A stretch of 64,000 nt of DNA from an uncultured Spirochaetota bacterium (lineage in GTDB: Bacteria > Spirochaetota > Brevinematia > Brevinematales > JAOACQ01): NCBI GenBank assembly GCA_963783575.1, contig CAWAOD010000010.1, forward strand, positions 1-64,000, written 5' to 3'. The notes under the pieces were generated by a model. It had not been told where the DNA came from. It searched no databases and saw nothing but the letters and a program-made list of their open reading frames with translations. A program made the translations under genes and the position numbers. Below are positions 13,501 to 26,700 of this stretch, one piece after another (positions within the stretch are counted from its first letter, which is position 1; each line of letters opens with the position of its first letter).

Positions 13501-16500
13501 TCTTTACCATGTCCCCTTCGATAACCATAGCTTGATTTAAATCCAACGATAACCCTTTATACAGAGCTTGGATGCCATTCTCCGTTTCCATTGCAGATAT
13601 TCCTGTCTGCTGATAAAGCATCTTTTCAGTTTCAATATCGATTTTCATTCCACCATCTTTCCACATAGGCCAATCAACCGATATTGTCATCCCATATCTT
13701 TTTTTTAATTTCACATCCTCATTCCGGTAGTGCGCAAAGGCATCCATAAACCCGTTCGCCGCTGCATAGTCCGCTTGTCCCGCGTTTCCCATTACACCGG
13801 TTATGGATGAAAACAAAATGAATATATCGAGTTTTATTTTCCTGCTTGCTTCATCCAGATATATCAATCCATTTACTTTAGGATCCAATACTTCTTTTAC
13901 TTCTTCTCTATTCTTCTTAAACAAGTAATTATCTTTAATCATACCTGCGCTATGGATAATCCCATTCAGTTTTCCATATTTCTCTTCTAAACCTTGAAAT
14001 AGCAATTCCACATCGGCCTTTACTGCAATATCCGCCTTACAGTATTCTACCCTTGCCCCTTTTTCTTCAAGCCCCTTTATCCATAACTTCATTTCTTGAT
14101 TCAGGTCCGACCTTCCAGTCAAAATCAATGTAGCTTTATTTACTTTTTCAGCGATATCCAGGGCGAATAAACGTCCAAGGCCGCCCATACCGCCGGTGAT
14201 CAAATACACCCCGCCATTTTTCCAGGGAATATCCGGTTTATTAATTTCTTTTTTTACTTCCTTCCACTTTTCTACAAGCCTCTTTCCTTCTGAATATTTT
14301 GTGATATAAATCCTGTTGTTCAGGCTGTTTTCTTCCAATATTTTTAATATTGTTTTACTTCCTTCTTTGCCTTCCAATACTATCAAATGACCAATGATTT
14401 TCGGGTTTTCCAGATTCGCTGATTTCAAAATTCCTAAGAGTCCTCTATTCAGTTGTGCTTCTCCTTTCCCTGATCCTAAAATCTGTATTAAAACTTTCCC
14501 GTCAGGCTTCCTCTCGATAATACTCCGGAGTTCTTCAATCATCCTGATGGTATAATCTTGATATCTATCCTCAATACCATTCCCTTTATTTTTAAACTTT
14601 AATTCAATACATTTTACAGCTTTAAGATAGGGTTCAACATCCGCAGCAGTTATATCATCAAGTTCACATAGGAATACCAATCTTTCTGTATACTCTTCCC
14701 CGACGATTCCTTCCGTAATCTTTTCTTCCTCCCATACCGGTTCAAGCATCAAGATTCCAATACTATCTTCTTTATGCATCTCCCGTACTGTTAACCCTTT
14801 TACCCGTATGCATACCTCCCCACTTTCACCGCAAACATCTATATCATACTTCTTTATATCTTTATTTTGATTCAGTTTCACTAATGCCCACATAGATTGG
14901 CTGCAGTCTCCCATAATTTCTAGCCTATCTATAAGATATGGCACCACCGCACTGCCGCTATTCCAATCCATCAAACCGAAAATAGCCTGAAAGGCGGCAT
15001 CCATCAGTGATGGATGGAGTAAATAATCTTCTTGGCCAACTTTAACCGAAACAGGAAGCGAAAGCTTTGCTATTGCCTCAGTATCCCCGGCATAAATGCG
15101 TTCAATCCCGCGGTGCCCCTGCCCATAATCTACTCCAGCTTTTATAAATGCTTCATAACATTCTTCTGCTGTTATTTCTCTAGACCATTTCCTATCGAAC
15201 ATCGTTTGTAAATCTATTTCCACTTTTTCAATCTTATCTACAAACTCCACTATTCCCTGGCTATGAACAACCTCATCTTCGCTGTATACTTCAAACAAGA
15301 TCTCTCTGTTCGCACCCGGAATCAGCCCGATATTTACTTTAACAGGATCATTCTCAACTACTACAGGCGTTTGCCATACTACATTCTTTAGTAAAATCGA
15401 TTTATTTCCGTTGTTTAAATTGCCAGTCGCTGTTGCAACAGCGGCCCTCGCCATCTCCAAATACACAGCACCTGGTAATATCTTCTTCCCGTTGATTCTA
15501 TGATCGTTTAAAAAGAATTCTTCGCCAGAAAATACAGTACTGAAACGCTGTTCCATTAAATCCGAATTATTTTCTTGGAGCAAAGGATGAATAACCTTTA
15601 CACAAGTCGTTTTATGGAAGAGTTTACGGCTGTCATTTTCTACCCAATATCTATCCTTTGCAAAAGGATAAGTGGGCAGGCTAATCCTAATGGGTTTTTT
15701 ATCCGCATACAACCTCTTCCAATTGAAATTTAATCCCTTTACCCAAAGGTCTATCATCTTTTCATATTTTCCTTTGCTAATCCAATTATCAATCGCTTTT
15801 TGAAAATCTTCATCTACCGTAAATAGACTTAACGCCTCTTTATTTTTCTTAACCTGCCCCTGGTATATTCCCACAATCCCATTCTCACCATCAAGAAAAC
15901 CTATCAGTTTCTTTTTCAACTCCTCAATTGAAGATGAAGTAAAACCTAATCTCTCTTCCATATCCTCACGTCCAATCTGCAGGGTATATGCAATATCCGC
16001 CAGACTATCATTTCCATATCCATCACTATCTATTGCTTCTAAAAGGCTTTTCGCCCTTCCTCTCAAACTCGTTATATCTTTAGCTGATAAAACAATAACA
16101 GCCGGATATTCAGCATTTACGACGGTTGGATCCCTTAATCTTTCATCGATGTATTCTTCTATCACCAAATGTGCATTCGCCCCTCCAGCACCAAAAGACG
16201 AAATTCCGGTAATCCTTGGGGTATCACTTTCCCATTCCGACAGTTTGTTTTGCACAACAAAGGGAGTTTCACAAAAATTTATGTTCGGATTTAATTCAGT
16301 AGTATGAAGGCTTGGTACTAATTTCCGGTGTTTAAGCTGTAGAAGTACCTTTGTTACCGAGGCTATCCCGGCAGCACTCTCACAATGGCCAATGTTCGAT
16401 TTAACCGAACCTATTGCGCAAAATTGCTTATCTTCAGTAAATAGTCGGAAAGCCCTTGTTAAACCAGCTATCTCTATAGGATCCCCTAGTACAGTCCCTG

Positions 16501-19500
16501 TCCCATGCGCCTCTATATAGCTAATCGACCTCGCGTTCACTCCTGCCTTATCAATTGCTTCTTTAATCAATTCACCCTGCACAACAGGATTTGGGACCGT
16601 GTAGCCGTTTGTCTTTCCTCCTGAATTAAGCATACTCCCCTTTATCACACCATAGATATGATCTCCATCCGCCACAGCCTTTGCTAAAGGCTTCAACAGT
16701 ATCGCTCCCACTCCCTCTCCATCTACAAATCCATCCGCTTGATCCCCAAAGGCTTTGCAGCGTTCGCCTGGCGTAAGCATTGTCATAGAAGAGAGTCTGA
16801 TATAATGATCCGGCGTTACAATTAAGCTAACTCCGCCGGCAATTGCACAATCGCACAGACCTCCGTGCAGGCCTTCCACAGCAAGGTGTATTGCTGTTAA
16901 TGAGGATGAACATGCTGTATCAACAGCCATGCTTGGGCCTTGAAAATCAAACAAATAAGACAACCGGTTTGCTATCGACCAATAGCTTGCTCCTGTTGGA
17001 TAGTTGCCATTCATCACTCCGACATAGACACCCACTTTTTTATTATCGCAGATGGTTTCCGGAGTATGTCCTGCATCTTCAATACAGGAATAGGCTTCTT
17101 CCATGAATAATCTTTCCTGTGGATCCATTCCCTCGGCTTCCCGTGGTGAAATTTTAAAAAATAAGGGGTCGAATTTATCAAAATCCTCAATAAATCCGCC
17201 CCATTTTGTATATATTTTCCCAGGTTTTCCCTTTTCATCAAAATACGCTTTCCAATCCCACCGTTCTTTAGGTATTTCCGTAATGCAATTCCTTCCTTCT
17301 TTTAAATTATTCCAAAATTCCCTCACATTTTTAGCACATGCATAACGGCCAGAAAGCCCAATGATTGCTATATCCTGTTCCATACAATGTTTATGTTCTT
17401 TTTTTACCGGCTCTGTTTCATATCTTTTTAAAACGCTAATACTTCTTCTAAAGCTTATCACAGAAGGCATTAGCGCTTCCTCTTTTACAGATTTTTTTTC
17501 TGAATGCCCCGTTAGTTTTATCATTTCATTCTTCCGTGTTTTTAAAAAGTAATTCACAAGGGCACTTATTGTTTGGTATTCATAAAACAATGTACTGCTG
17601 ATATTTTCACCGAATACTTTCCTCAAACTATTGTTCAATCGAACCACCAGGATCGAATCAATTCCATATTTTTCCAATGGTTCTAATACGCCTATCCTAC
17701 CTGATGGCATTTTGAGTGTATCCGCTATTAAATTTTTGATAAACCCGATACTTTTTTCTCTTAATCCTTCGTCTTTTATATTCGCAGTTTGATTTGAAAA
17801 TAACTTTTGATTAAAAGATCTGCTCTTAATTCTGCTAATTGCCTCTAATTTTATATTTCGAGTTGCTTTCGTTTCTTTTTTATATCTGATAACACCGTCG
17901 CTCCGTGCAATCATGATAATCCGTCCAAAATCAATCCCTTGTTCAACTGGAAAGATTAGTGACAGAAACCCTTCTCTCTCGATCGCCTTTTTTAATATAT
18001 CAGTATTAAATCCAGGATTACTGGAATTTTGAATACATTTTTCCTGATTTCCCCCAAAACTTTCCAGTAGCCCAAAAGTTAAATGCATAAATACCGACTT
18101 ACCCGCAATCTCGTTAAATAAAGCTATACCATTCTTTTTAAGAAGGGTTTTTATATTCCTTAAAACCATACTGATATCTTTCACTCTGTGTAAAATATTC
18201 GCCGCTATAACTATGTCGTACTTCCCGCCATCTATGCCCTGTTGTTTCACTGGTTCTTCAACATTAAGCATTTTAAAGGTTATATACGGATGATCAATCC
18301 CAAACTCTATTCCTCCATGTTTCAAGAAAGCTCCGGAAGCATCCGTATAGCAATATTCCTTTATATGTCTTTTAAAATCTTTTATCTTTCTAAATACTGC
18401 AGCACTGGTGTCACCGAATCTCGCCCCAACTTCCAGGATTCTGAAAAGTGCCGATGGATCCAATTGTATTCGCTGCTCTATATACCCAATTAATGCATCC
18501 GCGATCACCTCATTAAAATAATCTCTCACTTTGTTATACTTGTATATATCTTCTACAAGCTCAACGGATAAATCGGGGAAAACGAGATCAGCCGCTTGAG
18601 CTTTTCCTCTGATTATTAATGATAAAGACTGCAATGCCGCTTCCGCCAATATTATACGGGTTTTCACTTCCGGGTTTTCCCCCAATTCCTCCTTTAGGCT
18701 TTTCCATTCCTTCCAAACTTCTTCTCCATCAATTAAATCTATTCCTTTTACTGTATCCATTTTATCATCATTCAGATAACCATTCCTCTTTAGAATACCG
18801 ATACTCTCATTAATCCAAGCCTTGTATTTATCTATCAACAAACTTGATGTGTCAACAGCTTTTTCTGAAAAAAATCCCATTTTCTTCATTTCTATCCAGA
18901 GCAATTTGCAGAGAAGATTCTCCATCTTCATCTGAACCTCTGATATTTCTTTCCTTAACGGCTCCAGCAGTGGTTCCCGTAATGTTATATGGCGTTTTAT
19001 TTTTTCTGTATCTATGAAAGGTCCTTCTGGATTTATACCAATCATTTCATCTGCATCAACATTTTTTATAATTAACGGTTTTAAAGTCTTAAAAAATACA
19101 ATCTGGTCAAACGGTCCGGATAGCAGTTTTTCCAGTGCATCCATAGCTTCCGGAGGTTCAATGGAACCTGCGCCATACCTTTCCATCCTTTCCCTGTAAT
19201 CTTCCGAAGCAACTACACCTACACTACCCCAATACCCCCAATTAATTACCTTAATACAACAGTCCCAAATGTGAGACAGCTTTTCAGCAAAGGCATCCTC
19301 AAATGTACTGCCGGACGCATAATTACCCTGCCCTGCCGACTTCAAGAAAGATTGCATGGAAGAAAAAAACAATACAAAATCAAGTTTCTCTTTTTTATAT
19401 ACCTGAGCTAATCTAACACTAATATCAACTTTAGCCGATAGACACGCACGGAAACTATCCTCTTCCATCATTGCAAGACTTCGGTCCTGCAGGACTATCG

Positions 19501-20554
19501 CAGAATGAACAACACCATTGATTTCGTTATATTTCTCCTTTATTTCTTTATAAGCTCCTTCTAAAGCATTCCTATTTTTCGCATCCGCGGCAATATACAA
19601 TGGAGCTTCACCTATTTCTCCAAGCCTGTCCAGTTTCTTTTGTATACCCTCATCTATTGTCCTCCGGCCTATCCAGATGATCTTTGCATGATAGGATCGG
19701 ATCATGTACTCGCTCCAAACTTCCCCTATTCCTCCGCTTCCGCCGATCACTACATAGACTCCGCCTTCACGGTACTTTGATTTAATTTGAGCAGGATAAT
19801 TTACCGGAATAAGCTTTTCTTTATACCATACCCCTCCCCTATAAGCTAAAAACTCGCATTGCACATTATTAGAAACCCCGAATAGAGTATCCACAGGCCA
19901 TTTACAACCTGATTCCAGGTCTATCACCCTTACCTTCCAGGTCGAATACTCATTTGCTGTCGAACCCATCAATCCGTCAACACCTGCATGCGCTGGGTTT
20001 GATACATCATCTTTCCATAAACTTTGAGTCTGATCTATAATTACACTCCAGCATAAATTTTTTACTCCATAACCGAGTTTCAACAATGCCTTAATAGTCC
20101 GGAATAAAAGTATTAAACCTTCCTCCTGTGCGTCTATTAATGCATCATTTTCTATATTATCCGTTTTTTTCTTCGGCAATATCCATATAATATGATTTAT
20201 TTCACCGTTTTTATCCACCTTTTCCGATATGATATCAATGCTTTCTCCCTTTTTAATCTTTAAAAAACGCGCCCCTGGATTATATTCTAGAAGGCTTGCT
20301 CGGTTCTCGTCTGTCCCTCCTATAATAACAACCCTTTCTGTTTTTAAAGGAAACACAGTTGAATTCCTGATTTCTAAAGAATCCCATACCGGGCACATTA
20401 TCATATTTCCAACCGGCAGTTCCATCGAAGATGCCGTAATTATGTCCCTTTCAGAGTTATCATCCTTCTTCTTTAACTTTATCAATTCATCTTTTGCTTC
20501 TTCCAGGCTTATTTTACCTTTTTGCAAAGCAAGCAAAATCTCTTGTGAATTCAT
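4521..20554 (-). CDS. Trans-AT PKS subunit 2 (~5340 aa): KR-cMT*-ACP-KS-DH-KR-ACP-KS-DH-ACP(beta-branch type)-KS-KR-ACP-KS0, one frameshift at ~8625
   Basis: ORFs 8600..20554 and 4521..8714 join mid-KS (KVLLCM-K-HEKLVPTLNY) if one A is restored. KR GGxGG(I/L)G and GGTRGIG motifs; ACP motifs GIDS, GFDS, GMDSIIAVEW, GVDS; three KS with TACSSS/HGTGT/GH; terminal KS has EVNGGGS instead of EAHGTGT. No GHSxG AT domain. Confidence 0.93.
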
Positions 20555-20705
20555 AAACGATCTCCCTTATAACCATATCATAATGATTCAATATTATTTC
20601 CATGTATTTCTTCAAAAATGCTAAGTTCATTCAATAACTGGTCAGCGCTTTGAATATCTATACTGCCATTCTTTACCAAAGAAAGCAAGGAATTTATGGA
20701 CATTT
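20475..20705 (-). other. Complementary short helical docking motifs across a split module (KS-DH | KR-MT-ACP)
   Basis: Subunit 1 ends MSINSLLSLVKNGSIDIQSADQLLNEL; subunit 2 starts MNSQEILLALQKGKISLEEAKDEL. Both fit the LxxLxxGxIxxxxA helix-turn-helix pattern of trans-AT four-helix-bundle docking domains. Confidence 0.75.
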
Positions 20706-23700
20706 CTGAATCCCGCACTGGTAATGTTATATCTCTCACATCTTCGGAATTGAAAAACTGATTTGTATGCTTTCCTTCTGCGTTAATGCTTCTTAAAGAC
20801 AATCCTTTTATTCGGACACAGCCCCTTCCTTTATCATCACATAAATCAATATCAAACTTCTTTATCTTTTCGCTTTCATTATATTTCAGAATTGCCCACA
20901 TTGAAGGCACACAGGTGCTAATAATCTCTACCCTGTCAATGGAAAACTGCATAATCGCTTCAATTTCCCCTTCGATTATTTTTAAACCAATTGCCGCCTG
21001 CATTGCAGAATCCAATATGGACGGATGAAGTATAAATCCGTCGGAGCTATGTATAACCGTTGGCGGCATTTCCAGTTTCGCTAGTAAAATTCCTTCGGAT
21101 ATATAGATAATCTTTATCCCTTGATGCCCAATACCATATACTATCCCGGTTTTACAAAACTCTTCATAACATTCTTCAGCCGATATTACTTCCTGCCATT
21201 GCCTGTTTTGTAAATCATCTATGTTAATTAAGAATTCTTCTTTCACCTGAATAATCTCCGCTGTCCCTTGGCTATGAATTACTGTTTCTGCTGGATTATT
21301 CCCGCTATAAAACTCAAACAAGATTTCACTATTCTCCCCAGGTACCAATCTGATATTGATTTTTACAGGTTTTTCTTCCACTATAAAAGGCCTAATCCAA
21401 ACAATGTTTTTCAGACAGACTACATACCCGGCTGTTTTTTCTGCGGCGGCTTCTACGGCAGCCCTTGCCATTTCTAGATATACTGCACCGGGTAGTACTT
21501 TTTGGCCTTTGACCAAATGATCGGTTAAAAAAAATTCCCTGCCGGTAAATTCTGTATTATATCGCTGTTCCTTTAAAACCGATGTGTTTTCATGGAGCAG
21601 CGGATGAATGCACCTGCTGAATGCAGTATGTCCAATCTGTTTTCTTTCTTCTCCTATCACCTGATACTTTTCTTTAGAAAATGGATATGTAGGCAGGTTC
21701 ATTCTTTCCGGCTCTTTTTCTATATACATTCCACTCCAAGGTATATTATATCCCTGGCAATAAAACTCAGCCAAAGCAAAGAGCTTTTCCTGACAGCTTT
21801 CAGTATTATTCCGCATACTTCTCACCTGGAGAATTAATTCATTTATATATTGCTCAATCGCTTTTTGTCCGTTAAAATTAAAGGAAATTTTCCCATAAAA
21901 CAGATTGGGTAGCTTGTGATTCTCAATGTACTTTTTTAAAGTATTGATAGCTTCAGCACAGTCCCTTACAACAATTGCAATTCTTTCATTAAAATGCTGG
22001 CGACCTTCAAACAGCGTATAACATAATCGTCCCATATTCTTTATATTCCAGTCTTTCTTTTCAAGAAAAATGGCCATATCCGTTATTTTTGTTTTAAGTG
22101 ATTCCAGATTCTTTGCCGAAAGAACCATGAGATAATATGGCAATTCATCATCATAACTATGTTCTTCCGAATAGCTTTCCAATACCATATGGGCATTTGT
22201 GCCGCTCATCCCAAAGGCGCTAATCGCCCCAATACGCCTTTTCCCATTTCTATCCGTCCAAAGTTTATTTGATTTATTCACATAAAAAGGACTCTCAACC
22301 CATTGTATAAATTCGTTTTCCTGTTCAAAGTGAAGGCTGGCTGGTATTGTTTTATATCGAAAAGCCTGAACCATATTGATTAAACTAACCAGGCCGGAAG
22401 CCGCAAATGTATGCCCGAAATTTGTTTTATTTGATGTCAGTGCGCAATATTCTTGTTTTTTTGTATAGGTTTTAAATACTTTATTTAAAGCGTTTACTTC
22501 TACAGGATCGCCCAGCTTGGTTCCCGTTCCATGAGTAATTACATATTCAATATCTTCAGGATTTACTTTCCCTTTCTCATATACTGTTTTCAGAAGTTCG
22601 CCCTGGGCGACTCCGCTGGGTGCCATAATCCCGTTTGTCTTACCATCATAGTTAATTCCGCTACTTCTGATAACAGCGTAAATAGGATCGCCATCCCTTT
22701 CCGCCCGGGACAATTTCTTTAAAACCACCGCGACTACTGCTTCTCCGGCGGCCAATCCATTGGCACGTTTATCAAAAGTATAGCATTTTGCGTCTTGAGA
22801 CAATACATCCGCCTGGTTCATGGATTCAAATAAATCCTTTCTCAGCATTAAATGTATTCCCGCGGCTATTGCGGTATCACATTCTCCGCTGTTTAAGCTT
22901 AAGCACGCTTGATGAGCAGCAACAAGTCCCGATGAACAAGCGGTATTAATCGCCATTACAGGCCCATTAAAATCTAAAAAATAGGCTAATCTCGCCGCTA
23001 ATACCCCTTCATGATTGGATGTCATATTTGTTTCGTCTGAGGGATATTGCTGATGGTTTAGGATTTCATCATGCTCGACGCCGACAAACATTCCCATTTT
23101 ATTCTTTTTTATCTGATTGAGGCCGTATCCGGCATCCTCTAATGCCTTCCACGATTCTTCAAGCAGTAGCCTCTGTCTTGGATCCATCACTTCAGCTTCC
23201 CTAGGGGATATCTCAAAAAACAAAGGATCAAATTCATCGACACCTGGTATACATCCGCATTTCCATTTAAATTTATCCACCTCATTCAAACGATTCTGAG
23301 GGTATTCCTTTACCGTATTGATACCTTCCGAAAGAATATGCCACATATCTTCAATATTCCAAGAATCTGGAAACCTGCCGCTCATTCCTATAATTGCAAT
23401 TGATTCCTGGTCTTTCCTGCCCGGATTGTTGAATGCGAATCTAGGTCTTCTTTTCTCCAGAAGATTTTTTGTATTTTTCCCGGAGTTATTTGTATTTTTT
23501 ATTTCTTCAACAGCATAACTACTGTAGAATGTATTTATCTGTTCTCTATATTCCTGTAGTAAATACCCAGTCAATTTCGACACTGTAGAATATCCGAAAA
23601 ATACAGCCGGAGTTATTTCTAAATTAAAATGCCTGTTTAAAACATGCGCAAATTCTCCCAGGCTGATGGAATCAAATCCAAATTCCGCTAAATTTTCTTC

Positions 23701-26700
23701 TTTCCCGATATTTTCCCGATTAATTTTAAGTATTTGACTGATTTGTTCTATTAATTCCCATTCTAAATTTCTCTCAAGGCTCAAAGACAGAATTCCCGTC
23801 CCAATCTTTTTCAATTCTAAATGTTCAACTTTATTCAAAATAGGCTTGCTTGGATCCTCAATATTGCTGATAAAACTTAAAACGCGTTCTTTTTGCCCCG
23901 CTAAAACCAGATAGTGTGCATTCTTTTGTGCCAATAATTTTTCAAATAGGGCTATTCCTTCTTCCTTTTCTAATAAACGCTGGCCGCTTGATTTTATATA
24001 CATACTAGTTGTCTCAGGTTTACCGAGCCTCATTCCGCCTTCCCTCCAGAGAGGCCAATTAATTACGATAGCATCCCCTTTTCTTCTGCCTTTTTTCTTC
24101 AGTTGATTTCTATATCCGGCATAACTCATTTGATATCTATTCCCAATTGCGTAGTCGCAAGATCCAAAGTCTCCTAAAACCGCAGCTGATGATGAGAAAT
24201 AACAAATAAAATCAATCGAATCATCCTGAATTATTTCATCCAGTACCAGAGTACCCTTAACTTTTGGATCAATAACCTTTTGGAAATCTTTCATGTCTTT
24301 TGAAAGAATATTGTCAGCGCCAGGAATACCGGCCGCATGGATAATTCCCTGTATTCCTCCAAAAAGATTATTTGCTTCACTGTATACTTCTTTCATCCGG
24401 GCAGCATCACAAACATCTGCATCCCGATATAATACTTGACTCCCAGACTCTTCCAATAAACGAATCTTTTTCTTAATATTTTCGTTAATCTTTGACCGGC
24501 CTGTTAAAATGAGATTGACACTCTTTGTTTTCGCCAGATATTCGGCAAATAAAAATCCCAGGCCTCCGCAACCGCCTGTTATCAGATAGGTCCCTTTTCT
24601 TTTGATTATATCATTCCCGGAATTAACATTTATCTGCCGTATACAGCAAACCTGCCTTTTTCCATGACTATAGAATGCACTCCTGCCTTTTGCCGCCTTT
24701 AGTTCTTGCCATACTCTTTCCATCCAGCCTTTTATGCTAAGTTCACCTGCCTGGCTGTTTGAATCTTCAAAAACGCCAGTAATTCGAACTGAGGGCATCA
24801 TAATACCGATAGATCTTTCAAAACCTATCCAGGATTCCAGGAAGCACCGATCCAACCCATTCTTTATTCTTCCCCCCAATATATAACGCTCCGGCCTTAG
24901 CCCAGCAGCGGCAGCTCCCTGGAGAATATACACAATACAGGAATAGTCCTTGATATAAGACCTTTTCTCAATTGGCCATAAATATATAATAACGTCAACT
25001 TCACCAGATTCTTTCCGGATATTCTCAAACGCTTCTTTAAAAGCTCCTGGATCATTTGCTTTAACAGAATATTCGACCTTATTTTTTCTTTGAAATGCTT
25101 TTCCATCATTTATAAATATCACATCTGTATTTTGACCCAGCATCCGGATAAAATCCATAGCTTCCTGTTGATTCTCATCTTTCGATAGAAAACAAACAAT
25201 CCTTTTAATTTCTTTATTTGTTGTTTCCTGTATTTCCGATTCCTGCCATACTTCTTCAAAAGTCATAATGCTATCATTCTCATCTTTATCATTTTTTATA
25301 ATAGTTTGAATACTATTTCCTATGCTCAAATTAGGCAAGACTTCCATACTTTCTCTCAGCTGCAATCCTCTCAAGCTGATATAAATCCTACCATTATTAT
25401 CACATAAATCAATATCGAATTGATTGGATCCATTTTCAACCCTCTTTTTTAATACAGCCCACATGGATTTTAAGCAGTCTCTCATCAATTCCATTTCTTC
25501 CATAACAAAGGGATGCATTCCATCCGCTCTGCTTTCCCCTTTCTGCCAATAAATAACAGCATAGAACGCAGCATCAAGCATCAATGTCTGCGCAACGGAT
25601 TCTCCCGTATTATTAGTAAAAGGAGCAGGTATTGTGAGTTTTACCAAAGCCTCGCTATCCCCAATATAAACCGTCTCAATTCCGCAATTACCCGGATCGT
25701 AAGTGATCCTCACGTTTAGTAATGCTTCATTACACTTTTCCAATGAAAGCGTTTTATCCCATTTCTTTTCCTGTAAAGCTTTCAAGTCAATTATTTTTTC
25801 TTCATTACTTCCATTAATCTCAGCCATTCCATGCCCATATACAACAAACTCGCCCCCCTCTTTTTCACTATATATTTCGAACGATAACCCCCTATCCTCT
25901 TCTGGAATTAAGCTGATATTAACCTTTATGGCCTTATCTCCTACAGTTAAAGGATTAGCCCAAAAATAATTTTTCAACCGAATACCTTTTTTATCTCCAA
26001 TCATAGGCTTTGATGCAAATGTCACCGCGGCCCTAGCCATTTCAAGATAAGCCGCTTCAAGTAGTACCTTATTCCCATTTACCCTATTGCCGGAAAAAAA
26101 TATTTCATCACCGTTAAATACAGAACTAAAGCGCTGTTCAGTAAGATCCGATGTATTCTCCTGCACTAATGGATGGATATACTTTATTTGGGAAGCGGCG
26201 TAACGGTTATTTTCCCCGCTTACATCTATACGGTAAATCTCCCTGGAGAATGGATAGGATGGAAGGCTAATCCTATCGGGTTTTTTCCCTTCATACAATC
26301 TGTTCCAATCAAAGTTCAAACCCTTCACCCATAATTCTAATATTTTTATATATTTCTTTTTACCTATCCAACTTTCTATCGCCTTTTGGATATCCTCATC
26401 CGCCATAAGCATACTAATGGTTTCTTTATTCTTTTTTACCTGTCCAATATAAATATTTTCTGCCTCATGGTCTCCCTTTAGATACAGGGTAAGCTTTTCT
26501 TTCAGTTCTTGTATTGTTCCCGCTGTGAACCCAAGCCTGTCTTCCATAGCCTCCCGCCCAACCTGCAGTGTGTAGGCTATCTCAATTAGCCTGTTATCGC
26601 TAAAATCTTCCGATTCAATCGCCTCTGCCAGGCTTTTCACCATTTCCTTCAGCTTTTCCTCATTTTTTGCAGATAAAACTATCAGCGCTGGATTATCAAG

